Shown piece after piece: positions 50,653 through 59,467 of a DNA stretch of 64,000 nt. Where the stretch lies: positions 5,712 to 69,711 of the forward strand of contig DASXYI010000004.1 of the NCBI GenBank assembly GCA_036502605.1, in the 5' to 3' direction. The notes under the pieces are model-generated. The model worked only from the letters and a program-made list of their open reading frames with translations, did no database searches and was not told where the DNA came from. Every line of letters begins with the position of its first letter. The first letter of the stretch is position 1. A program made the translations under genes and the position numbers. The stretch comes from Steroidobacteraceae bacterium. GTDB taxonomy: Bacteria; Pseudomonadota; Gammaproteobacteria; Steroidobacterales; Steroidobacteraceae.

Positions 50653-51202
50653 ATGATACTAGAACAACCGGGAGACGGAGCCAGCCCTTTGCTCGATCCG
50701 GAAGAGATTGCCCAGTCGGGCCTGATGCCGCAAATCGGAATGGTGAGCCGCGCGCTCTGGGCCGCCCCGGTGCGCAACGCGCTGCTGCTGCTCGCCGTCG
50801 CGCTGTTCCTGGTCATCGTGGCCACGGCCTACGGACAAATTCGCCTCAACAGGTGGCCGGCATTTTGCCGTGCCGGCTACATGGTATGGGCGGCCATCAT
50901 CTATTCCGGGTCCGCATCGTTGCTGAGCTACTGGGTTGGCCGCAACCTGATCGACCGCAATGCCGAGCGGTACGAACGCGAGGCCGATCTACGAGGTCCT
51001 CGATGCCCTCGACGAACGCACGCGGGATCGTGTCATCGACGTGCTCCGCAACGACCTTCAGCATGCCGGCATCATCCACATCGGCCGCGCCGCAACTCAT
51101 GACCGGCTATTTGCGCGAACCCTGCACCTCGTGATGGATCCCAACGCTCGCAGACTCGCTCGCCGCGCGGGTAGCCCGGAGAACGCTGTCGCTGCCGGCT
51201 GA
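50653..51202 (+). pseudogene. decayed YddA/SbmA-like ABC transporter (fused permease-ATPase) remnant with large internal deletions and a frameshift
   Basis: Frame 1 (50653..) keeps an N-terminal block ..LLLLAVALFLVIVATAYGQIRLNRW, joined directly to ..GYMVWAAIIYSGSASLLSYWVGRNLIDRNAERYEREADLR. In intact YddA-type proteins these two blocks are over 100 aa apart. A second frame (50960..51202) keeps only the extreme C-terminus ..LDALDERTRDRVIDVLRNDLQHAGIIHIGRAATHDRLFARTLHLV... The Walker A/B core is absent. Confidence 0.6.
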
Positions 51203-51205
51203 AGT

Positions 51206-51832
51206 TCAGGGCTGCGATTTGGAACCGAGTTCGTAAATGAGTCGAGGCGGTTCTGCAAAGCTTCCGTGCAAGCGTTCCGTGACAGCCACGGCCACCAGCG
51301 CCGTGATGAGCGAAACGGCAATGGTCGTGACGATGCCAAGGAAACCGTCTCTATGCTCTTGATACCAAACCTCCATGCGTCCCACTCGCGTGTGAAGGCG
51401 CATTGCCCGATCCGCACCGGCAAAAGTGACAGCAACGGCTACGCTGCCGTCCCTACCCTGGGTAAATTTGATGAGCCGGCGATAGTGCAGATAGCGAAGC
51501 GGCAGCTCGAATTTCGACATGAGCAGCTTGCGGCGAAGCTCGATTGGAATGACCGAGCAGTCGAAACTCTGCAGCTTCCCATCCTTGTACCAACTGCCGC
51601 CGTCGATGTAGGAATGCGCCGCCAGCCATAGTATTTCGCCGCTGGTCGCGCTGAATTCCTCGTCGATGCTTTCACGATAATAGTGCAAGCCGTGAAGGAT
51701 GCGATCTTCATCTTTTCTGCTCATCCAACGTCGCCCGCGTGCCAAATACCCATCGTCAATGTAACACTGAGCCGCCGGCCGGCCCAGTGCGCACGATGTA
51801 CGACGCGCATCGAACATATCATTCTCGCCCAT
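51206..51832 (-). CDS. hypothetical protein with a C-terminal transmembrane helix (no recognisable family)
   Basis: ORF 51206..51931. I prefer ATG 51832, which is preceded by AGGGG (MGENDMFDARR..). ATG 51724 is also possible. The C-terminal ..FLGIVTTIAVSLITALVAVAVT.. is hydrophobic. The central part of the gene looks less GC-rich than its neighbours. Confidence 0.45.
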   Translation of the reverse strand: MGENDMFDARRTSCALGRPAAQCYIDDGYLARGRRWMSRKDEDRILHGLHYYRESIDEEFSATSGEILWLAAHSYIDGGSWYKDGKLQSFDCSVIPIELRRKLLMSKFELPLRYLHYRRLIKFTQGRDGSVAVAVTFAGADRAMRLHTRVGRMEVWYQEHRDGFLGIVTTIAVSLITALVAVAVTERLHGSFAEPPRLIYELGSKSQP

Positions 51833-51941
51833 CAGCGCCCCTGCGTCCAATGGGCAGCGCCGGACGGCGCGCAGCCGGCCGCATATTGCCTCCTCACGTG
51901 GTGCTATAATTCGAGGCTTGGTACAAGACACGTGGCGCGCT

Positions 51942-52820
51942 GTGAAAATTGCGATCTACATAGCGATTGCCATTTTGGCTCTTGGGTTGTTGTTTGGGCT
52001 GCGAATTGCCGCCAAGAGCTTCCGGGACGAGCGCGCCGACTATGTGCGTACACCCCCTAAAACCATCTCGCTGCACCCCGAGCGCACGGGGATAGCCGGT
52101 CTCGGAGAAATCTCCTTTCCCGCGGCGGGTAAGCCCCGGTTGGCCGGCTGGTACGCGCCCTCGCGAAATCACGCCGCCATCGTGCTGGTGCATGGCACCG
52201 GCGCGGACCGCTCATCGCTTTTGTCCGAGACGCGATTTCTCGCGGAGGCCGGCTTCGGTGTGCTTGCATTGGATCTGCCCGGCCAGGGTGCAAGCGAGGG
52301 TAAGTCGCGCTGGGGTGTTCCGGAAAGACAGGCAATCAGCGCTGCGGTCGACTGGCTGAGCGCCCGCGAAGAGGTGGATCCGCAACGCATCGGCGCTTTC
52401 GGCCTGTCCATGGGCGCCTATGTGTTGACTCAGGCGGCGGTGCTCGACCGCAGACTGCGCGCCGTCGTGCTCGCCTCATCGCCGACCGACGTGGTCGAAC
52501 AGAACTGGCTGGCGACCGACGAATGGGGCCTGCTTACTCAGGTGCCGTGCTACTTGGCGCTGCGGCTATACGGGCAATCGCTGGACATGCTGCCGAAGGA
52601 CGTCATCGGCGCGATCGCGCCGCGCGCGGTGCTCATCTTGGGGGGCGATTTGGATACCTTGGTGCCGCAGTTCATGGCCCGGCAACTTTACGCGGCGGCC
52701 GGAAGTCCAAAGGACCTGTGGATCGTACCGGGCGCGCATCATGGCGATTATGAGCGCGTTGCGCCACAGGAGTATCGCAGCCGCGTGACCGAGTTTTTCC
52801 AGCATACGCTGCTGAATTGA
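51942..52820 (+). CDS. alpha/beta hydrolase with an N-terminal membrane anchor
   Basis: GTG 51942 gives MKIAIYIAIAILALGLLFGL... Nucleophile elbow ..GAFGLSMGAY.. (GxSxG) and a late ..VPGAHHGD.. His. TTG 51918 is an alternative start. Confidence 0.8.
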   Translation: MKIAIYIAIAILALGLLFGLRIAAKSFRDERADYVRTPPKTISLHPERTGIAGLGEISFPAAGKPRLAGWYAPSRNHAAIVLVHGTGADRSSLLSETRFLAEAGFGVLALDLPGQGASEGKSRWGVPERQAISAAVDWLSAREEVDPQRIGAFGLSMGAYVLTQAAVLDRRLRAVVLASSPTDVVEQNWLATDEWGLLTQVPCYLALRLYGQSLDMLPKDVIGAIAPRAVLILGGDLDTLVPQFMARQLYAAAGSPKDLWIVPGAHHGDYERVAPQEYRSRVTEFFQHTLLN

Positions 52821-53179
52821 GAATTAACCTCGCCCCGCTCGCGGCCGCCATATCATCCGCGGGTGTGTTGCTTTCGCGCCGCGCACGCGCGAGACCTGCT
52901 TGATTCTCGCTCGATCCGGACAGCGGTCGACCGTAACGTGAACACGATCACAGGGCCCTTTCGGTGCGCCGCCGCACTCTCCTCTCGCCTGTGATGGGGT
53001 CGGCCCTCTTGAAACTTTTTCCTGCCGCAAGCGTTTAATAGTTTGAAGCGGTGACCGATCTGATATAAAACAGTAATACGAGTCGAATGAGTCGCGCTCC
53101 AATCAAGCTCATTTGAGGGAAAACTGAGCGTCGACGTGCGGGATAGTGCCCAGTCCAATTCTCGAGTGGAGGTTCGACG

Positions 53180-55129
53180 ATGGGAATATCAGAGCCTAGA
53201 GGCGGATCCAATTCGGTGGATTTCCTCAATTCGCTGACGGACTTCAGCAAGCAGCATCGTGCGCAACGCTGGGAAGGTTCTCTCGGCGACTTCTTGTCGC
53301 ACATACTGCCGGTCAGCCCGATGTCCCTGGTCCGGACCAGTCATGAATACATTTGGGACATGCTGCTTTGGTATGGTCGCGACGTTGAAGGCAACGACAT
53401 TCAGAAGGCCAGGGAACTCTTCAAACGCGAGCTGTTCGGCGTCGACGAGCCCCTAGGCCGGGTGGTCGAGTATTTCAAATCGGCAGCGGCGGGTTCCGAT
53501 GTCGGCCGCCGGCTGCTGCTGTTGCTCGGACCCCCGTCGGGCGGCAAATCGACGCTGGCGATCCTTTTGAAGCGCGGGCTGGAGGAGTACAGCCGCACGG
53601 ACGAAGGCGCCCTGTATGCGATCAAGGGCTCGCCCTTGCGCGAATCGCCGTTGAATCTCATTCCAACGAGCCTGCGCGCCGAGTTTCGCGAGACCTTCGG
53701 CGTCGATATAGCGGGCGAGGTGAGCCCGTGGGCTCGCGATTACGTGGATCGCGAATGCGACGGCGACTATCTGCGCGTGCCGGTCGAGCGCATCTTCTTG
53801 TCCGAGGCGGCTCGGTGCGGCATAGGCACCTATGCACCCCACGATCCTTCGACCGCCGATATCGCCGACTTGGTCGGATCGGTCGATCTTTCCAAGGTCT
53901 CGCATGTGGGCGACGAGGGCGATCCTCGCGCCTGGTCCTGGTCCGGCGCGGTGTACGCCGCCAGCCGCGGTGTTCTGGAGATGATCGAGATCCTGAAGGT
54001 CAAGCGCGAGTTTCTTTATCTCCTGCTGACGATGACGCAGGAGAAAAACGTGAAGGTTGCGCGATTTCCATTGATCTATCTCGATGAAACGATTCTCGCA
54101 CATACCAATCTCGCGGAATTCAATCGATTCCTGCAGGAAAAGGAGAATGAGGCTCTGCTCGATCGCATGGTCATCATCAAGGTGCCGTACGCGCTCTCCT
54201 ATGTAGACGAGGCACGCATCTATAAGAAGCTGGTGTACGGCGCGCCCGCGTTCCGCAATACGCATCTTGATCCGCATGTGCTGCATCTCGCCGCGGTGTT
54301 CGCCATCCTCACTCGCCACACCAAGCCGGAACGCGAGGGCCTGGATCTGCCGAAGAAGGTTCGCATCTTCGCCGGAGAGTCGGTCGAAGGATTCTCCGAC
54401 ACCGAAGCTGCGAGACTCAGGTCCGAATCGCCGGACGAAGGATTGAGCGGCGTGAGTCCGCGCTTCGTGATCAATGCCCTTTCCACCGCGATTACCCGCG
54501 GCAACGCGCGCAGCCTCACCAGCATGGAGCTGCTGCTCGCGATCAAAGATGCCATCGAGAGCGACGCGCGTATGGACGCGAAACAGAAGAAGCAGTGGTT
54601 CGACCACCTGGTGACGGCTCGCAAGGAATTCTATAATCGTTGGGTCAAGGAGGATGTGCACCGCGCGTTGTTTGCGTCTTTTCAGGACGAGGCGCAACAG
54701 CTGCTGGAGAAATATCTGGATGAGATCGAGGCCTCTCTCGACCAGCGCAAGGTCACTGACCCGATGACCGGTGAGAATCGGGCGCCGGATGAACGATTCT
54801 TGCGCTCCGTCGAAGAGAAAATCAAAGTCTCCGAATCTGGAAAACAGTCTTTCCGGCAGGAAGTGATCCGAAAAGCCATGGTCGCTTTCAAGGCCGGAGA
54901 GAAATTTCGCCTCGCAAGCCATGCCCGGGTACGGGAAGCCATAGAACAATACCTGTTCGAAGAGCGCCGCGATGTGCTGCGGCTGGTGACCTCTACGGCC
55001 CGGCCCGATGACGAAGCGCGGCAAAAGATATCCGTCGTGCAGGAGCGGCTGGTCGGGGAGTATGGATATGACGAACATAGCGCCCAAGAGGCGCTGAACT
55101 ACGTGACGACGCTGTTGTCACAGGAGTAA
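53180..55129 (+). CDS. prkA: PrkA family serine protein kinase (YeaG-like, AAA-type N-domain)
   Basis: 649 aa with SD GGAGG. ..LLLLGPPSGGKSTLA.. P-loop, and ..GVLEMIEILKVKREFLYLLLTMTQEKNVKV.. and ..HTNLAEFNRF.. blocks typical of PrkA/YeaG. Confidence 0.92.
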   Translation: MGISEPRGGSNSVDFLNSLTDFSKQHRAQRWEGSLGDFLSHILPVSPMSLVRTSHEYIWDMLLWYGRDVEGNDIQKARELFKRELFGVDEPLGRVVEYFKSAAAGSDVGRRLLLLLGPPSGGKSTLAILLKRGLEEYSRTDEGALYAIKGSPLRESPLNLIPTSLRAEFRETFGVDIAGEVSPWARDYVDRECDGDYLRVPVERIFLSEAARCGIGTYAPHDPSTADIADLVGSVDLSKVSHVGDEGDPRAWSWSGAVYAASRGVLEMIEILKVKREFLYLLLTMTQEKNVKVARFPLIYLDETILAHTNLAEFNRFLQEKENEALLDRMVIIKVPYALSYVDEARIYKKLVYGAPAFRNTHLDPHVLHLAAVFAILTRHTKPEREGLDLPKKVRIFAGESVEGFSDTEAARLRSESPDEGLSGVSPRFVINALSTAITRGNARSLTSMELLLAIKDAIESDARMDAKQKKQWFDHLVTARKEFYNRWVKEDVHRALFASFQDEAQQLLEKYLDEIEASLDQRKVTDPMTGENRAPDERFLRSVEEKIKVSESGKQSFRQEVIRKAMVAFKAGEKFRLASHARVREAIEQYLFEERRDVLRLVTSTARPDDEARQKISVVQERLVGEYGYDEHSAQEALNYVTTLLSQE

Positions 55130-55172
55130 CGGGGTACAATGGCGGCCATATGGCAGAGCAGAGGGTAACCCA

Positions 55173-56372
55173 ATGAGCTCAGGCCCGGGAAGCGAGCCTC
55201 CCGCCGTGCCTAACGCCGTGAATGATTGGTACGAGCTCTTCTCACGCGGTTCGCGGGACTGGCTGCGGCATAGCGAAAAGATTAGAGAAGCCGTGCGCGA
55301 GCACTTGCCACAGATCGTTGCCGGCTCCGACATCATCAATGACGGTGCGCGCACGGTCAGGGTGCCTGTGCGCATGCTGGAACATTACCGTTTTCGGCTG
55401 CGATCCGATTCGGAGCCGCAGGGCGTCGGTCAGGGAACCGCCAAGCCCGGCGACTTGCTGGGACCGGCCAACACCGGCAGCAAACCGGGCGGTAAAGGCG
55501 CCGGCGGCACCGAGCGAGGCGGCCCCGAGTTGCTGCTCGAATTCAAGATTGACGACATCATCGATTGGATGTGGGAAGAACTGCGGTTGCCTAATTTGCA
55601 GCCGCGCGTTGGGCAGTCGGAAGAATCGGAATGGAAGCGCGAGGGCTGGGATAAACGCGGCGCGCGATCCAGACTCGACCGCCGCCGCTCGCTCAAGGAG
55701 TCGGTGAAACGCCGGGGGCTCAAGTCCTCTGCACCAACGTTCATCGATGAGGACCTTCGCTTTCGGCAGCTTGCCCGGCGTCGGCAACCGGCGCTGCGTG
55801 CCGCGGTGTGCTTCCTGCTGGACGTATCCGCAAGCATGACGGAAGGCGATCGGCAGTTGGCGAAGACCTTTTTCTTCTGGGTGGCCGCCGGACTCCGCCG
55901 TCAGTATCGCTCCCTCGACATCGTGTTCGTTGCCCACACGACCGAGGCCTGGGAGTTCAGCGAGGCCGATTTTTTCAAAGTCGCCGGCAGCGGCGGCACC
56001 GTGGCCTCGGCGGGCTTGAGTAAGGTGCGCGAGATCGTATCCGCCCGCTTCGATCCCGGGACCTGCAATGTGTATTTGTTTTATGCCTCGGATGGCGACA
56101 ATGCCGTGGACGACCGGGAGCACGCGCGAACGGAACTGGAAGGCATCGCCAAGCTGGCGCGCTACGCCGGCTACGTCGAAATATCTTCGGGGCTGCGCAG
56201 CAGTCAAAGTGAGACCTCGCGGCTATTCGACGCGGTAGGCGCGACGGGTTTGTCGAGCGGCCGATGTTCGATCAGAGACGCGAACGATGTGGCAACTGCC
56301 GTGCGTCATTTCTTTACGATCGAAGCGCAAGCCGCCGCGGCGTCCGGCGCCGCGCCGGAAGCTCCGCCGTGA
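55173..56372 (+). CDS. yeaH: YeaH/YhbH family protein (DUF444, vWA-like)
   Basis: 399 aa. ..NDWYELFSRGSRDWLRHSEKIREAV.. N-terminus and a vWA-like ..FLLDVSASMTEGD.. block. Canonical position downstream of prkA. Confidence 0.88.
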   Translation: MSSGPGSEPPAVPNAVNDWYELFSRGSRDWLRHSEKIREAVREHLPQIVAGSDIINDGARTVRVPVRMLEHYRFRLRSDSEPQGVGQGTAKPGDLLGPANTGSKPGGKGAGGTERGGPELLLEFKIDDIIDWMWEELRLPNLQPRVGQSEESEWKREGWDKRGARSRLDRRRSLKESVKRRGLKSSAPTFIDEDLRFRQLARRRQPALRAAVCFLLDVSASMTEGDRQLAKTFFFWVAAGLRRQYRSLDIVFVAHTTEAWEFSEADFFKVAGSGGTVASAGLSKVREIVSARFDPGTCNVYLFYASDGDNAVDDREHARTELEGIAKLARYAGYVEISSGLRSSQSETSRLFDAVGATGLSSGRCSIRDANDVATAVRHFFTIEAQAAAASGAAPEAPP

Positions 56373-57745
56373 AGCCCGACTGGCGCAGCCATTTGCCCCG
56401 ACTCGAGGATCTCGCCCGCGAGCATGGGCTGATCTGGTCCCCTGTCATATTCGAAGCCGTACCCGACAGCTTCATGACCGAGATAGCCGTCTACGGCTTG
56501 CCGGTCCGCATGCCGCATTGGTCATTCGGCGCGCGCTATATCTATCAATTGCTACAGCGCCATATGGGTTATTCACGCTTGTTCGAAGTCGTGTTTCCCG
56601 GCAACCCGGGCCGAGCATACCTCGCATCGAGCAATGGACTGGCCGATAACGTTCTGGTCGCGGCCCATGTGCTTGGCCACGCGGACTTTTCCAAGAACAA
56701 TCTCTTGTTTCAGCGGTCCCAAGAACAAGGCAGCGAGCACATCATCGAGCATGCGGCGAGCCATGCTCGGCAGATCGAACGGGACATCGAGTCCTACGGA
56801 TTCAATGCGGTGGAAAAGGTGCTCGATGCCGCTCTGTCTCTCGAGCAATACATTGACCTGGATTGCGGTCTGCGGCGTGAACGGTACCCCGAATATTTGC
56901 CGGCGCCCACGCCCGCGCCGGATGATGCGTTCCGCTCCCGGTTTGCGTCGCTGGATGCCGATGAACAAGCGATTCCGAGTGCGCGCAAACTTCGCGCGCC
57001 GTTGCCGCCGCATCCGGAGAAAGATCTTTTGTGGTTCATTGCCACTTACGCGCCGGAAATGGAAAGCTGGGAAAGAGATATCTTTTTGGCGGTCCGCGCC
57101 GAATCGTTCTACTTCTACCCGGTGTATGCAACTCAGACCATGAACGAAGGCTGGGCGTCTTATTGGCACGCGCGCCTGCTGCGCGAAGCCGATTTCATCG
57201 CGCAGGACACCTATCTGGACGCGATCAAATGCCATTCCGACGTGGTCCGGCCCATTGCGGCGGAAGAACAGATCGCGTTGGCCGTGAATCCGTACCATTT
57301 GGGATTCACCCTGTGGGAAGAAATCATCAAGGAGGGCGGTATCGACGCCGCGCGGCAAGTCATGCGCGAAGACGACGATTTCAGCTTCCTGCGCAACCAT
57401 CTGACCCGCAAGATGGCCACCGACATGGGTCTGTTCCGCTATCAGAAACAGTCGAACGGCCCGGTCAAAGTGCTGGCGGAAGACATCGACGAACTGCGCG
57501 AAACGCTGCTGCACGAGAAATACAATTTCGGCGCACCGCGAGTCTCGGTAGTGGAGATTCGCAGCAACGGGACGCTGGTGCTCGAGCACAATAGCGAGAT
57601 TGACAAGCGCGGCTTGGATACCGATGGCGCGCGAAAAGTACTCGAGTACGTCATACACGTTTGGCGGCGCCCCGTGTTGCTCCGGACGGTCGATGCAGCG
57701 TCCAAGCCCGTCGAGATTTCCATGGATCCGGCCTCGGCGCATTGA
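56369..57745 (+). CDS. spoVR: SpoVR family protein (YcgB-like)
   Basis: GTG 56369 overlaps the yeaH stop (GTGA). ..FEAVPDSFMTEIAVYGLPVRMPHWSFG.., ..FEVVFPGNP.., ..HVLGHADF.. and ..TMNEGWASYWH.. are SpoVR hallmark blocks. Confidence 0.88.
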   Translation: MKPDWRSHLPRLEDLAREHGLIWSPVIFEAVPDSFMTEIAVYGLPVRMPHWSFGARYIYQLLQRHMGYSRLFEVVFPGNPGRAYLASSNGLADNVLVAAHVLGHADFSKNNLLFQRSQEQGSEHIIEHAASHARQIERDIESYGFNAVEKVLDAALSLEQYIDLDCGLRRERYPEYLPAPTPAPDDAFRSRFASLDADEQAIPSARKLRAPLPPHPEKDLLWFIATYAPEMESWERDIFLAVRAESFYFYPVYATQTMNEGWASYWHARLLREADFIAQDTYLDAIKCHSDVVRPIAAEEQIALAVNPYHLGFTLWEEIIKEGGIDAARQVMREDDDFSFLRNHLTRKMATDMGLFRYQKQSNGPVKVLAEDIDELRETLLHEKYNFGAPRVSVVEIRSNGTLVLEHNSEIDKRGLDTDGARKVLEYVIHVWRRPVLLRTVDAASKPVEISMDPASAH

Positions 57746-59391
57746 ACTCGCGACTCCTGTTGGTCGCGTTGGCATTGCTTGAATTGACCGGCTGCGGCGG
57801 CGGATCCTCGGCATCCTCCGGCACGGCGCCGCCGGCCGGCGTCGACGTGACCGTAACGGTCGACCCTAGTAAAACTCATCCGATATCGGCCTACATCTAC
57901 GGCATCAACGACTATGCCGGTCGCGCCTCCGGCCAACCCAATCTCACCCTCGATCGGGCGGGCGGCAATCGTTGGTCTGCATACAACTGGGAGAGCAATG
58001 CATCGAACGCCGGCAGCGATTATCTCTACGAGAATGACGGCTACTTGACTTCCAGCGCCATCCCCGCCGAGGCCGTGCGCTCCTTCATCGCGGGCGACCA
58101 GGCCTTAGGGTTAGCCAGCATCATCACCTTCCAGATGCAGGGGCTGGCCGCCGCCGACGAAAGCGGTCCGGTCAGTGTTGCAAATCCCCCTGACCTCACG
58201 CGGTTCAAATCCGTCGTCGACCAGAAAAACACTCAATCCGGCGTGCCGTTCACCGCAAACCCGCCCAAATCGGACGCCAACGTCTATATGGACGAATTCA
58301 TCTGGGCGGTCGATCAGAAATTCTCCGGGCAAAATATCTTTGGATCCAATGCATCGACGCACCCGGTATTCGCGCAACTAGACAATGAACCGGATCTGTG
58401 GAACGCCACGCATCTCGAGGTGCAGGGCAAGAACCCCGTCACATCCGACAGCTACATTGCCAAAACCATCAGTTTGGCCAAGGCGCTCAAGACTCAGTTT
58501 CCAAGTCTCGTCGTGTTCGGCCCCGTGCACTATGGATTTAACGGCATTTATAGCTGGCAGGGTGAACTCAAGAGCACGCCCACGGGAAGCAATTGGTTTC
58601 CGGACAAATATCTGCCCGCCATCAAAGCCGCATCCGCCTCATTCGGCAAGCCTCTGGTCGATGTCTACGACTTTCATTGGTACTCGGAAGCCACAGACGG
58701 CAACGGCAATCGCGTGATCAATTTGAGCGGCCCGATGCTTAACGATGCTCAAGTGCAGGCGATCGTGCAGAGTCCGCGAAGCCTTTGGGATACCGGCTAC
58801 GAGGAGAACTCCTGGATCGCCACCCTACTTGGAGCCCCAATCTACATTCTTGGCCGTTTGCAATCGCGCATCGCCGCGGAATACCCCGGCATGAAAATTT
58901 CCATCACGGAGTACAACAACGGCGGCGGTCAACACATCGCGGGCACCATTGCGGAGGCCGATGATCTCGGGATCTTCGGTGCTCAAGGAATATTCGCCGC
59001 CAACTTCTGGGCGTTGAGCGGCAGCTCGTCCTATATTCTTGCGGGCTTCGCCGCGTTCCGCGATTTCGATGGGGCCAATTCCAACTTCGGCGACACGTCC
59101 TTGCAAGCGGTTTCGAGCAAGGTGCAGAACGTCGTCGTCTATGCCAGCACCGACAGCGCCCGACCCCAGCGCGTCGTGTATGTCGCAATCAATCGCTCGA
59201 CGTCGCCGCAGATGACGGCGATCACCGGTCAAGCCTTGTCGGGCACTGCCCACGTCTATCAAATGACCGCCGCCACCGCCCAGGGACAGACGGTGGTCAG
59301 ACCGGTCGCGATAGGACCCCTATCCGTGTCGGGCTCCACGCTGACCGTCGATCTTCCGCCGCTCAGCGTGACCACAATCGATATTTTTTAG
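57742..59391 (+). CDS. clan GH-A glycoside hydrolase lipoprotein, family 44-like endoglucanase/xyloglucanase
   Basis: TTG 57742 overlaps the spoVR stop and gives MNSRLLLVALALLELTGCGG with a lipobox. ..GGNRWSAYNWESNASNAGSDY.., the acid/base block ..QLDNEPDLWNATH.. and the nucleophile block ..ISITEYNNGG... The GH44 assignment is from memory of family motifs. The clan-A NEP/TE pattern is directly visible. Confidence 0.7.
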   Translation: MNSRLLLVALALLELTGCGGGSSASSGTAPPAGVDVTVTVDPSKTHPISAYIYGINDYAGRASGQPNLTLDRAGGNRWSAYNWESNASNAGSDYLYENDGYLTSSAIPAEAVRSFIAGDQALGLASIITFQMQGLAAADESGPVSVANPPDLTRFKSVVDQKNTQSGVPFTANPPKSDANVYMDEFIWAVDQKFSGQNIFGSNASTHPVFAQLDNEPDLWNATHLEVQGKNPVTSDSYIAKTISLAKALKTQFPSLVVFGPVHYGFNGIYSWQGELKSTPTGSNWFPDKYLPAIKAASASFGKPLVDVYDFHWYSEATDGNGNRVINLSGPMLNDAQVQAIVQSPRSLWDTGYEENSWIATLLGAPIYILGRLQSRIAAEYPGMKISITEYNNGGGQHIAGTIAEADDLGIFGAQGIFAANFWALSGSSSYILAGFAAFRDFDGANSNFGDTSLQAVSSKVQNVVVYASTDSARPQRVVYVAINRSTSPQMTAITGQALSGTAHVYQMTAATAQGQTVVRPVAIGPLSVSGSTLTVDLPPLSVTTIDIF

Positions 59392-59467
59392 GAGTAGACC
59401 CACGGCCACTCCCAGAAGCAAGGGTCGCCCGGCCGAGGTACTGCGGGTTTTCCTAAAGCTTGGCCTC

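Noticed and set aside
52821-53179. Small ORFs (52824..53102, 52853..53158, 53035..53304) and nested inverted repeats (atcacagg...cctgtgat with an inner gtgcg-ccgc-cgcac) in the 359-nt region upstream of prkA. I also searched here for a sigma54 promoter.
   Set aside because: The ORFs have no SD and no coding character. No TGGCAC-N5-TTGC match is present. The hairpin may simply be the terminator of the upstream hydrolase gene. Nothing here can be supported beyond the presence of the inverted repeats.
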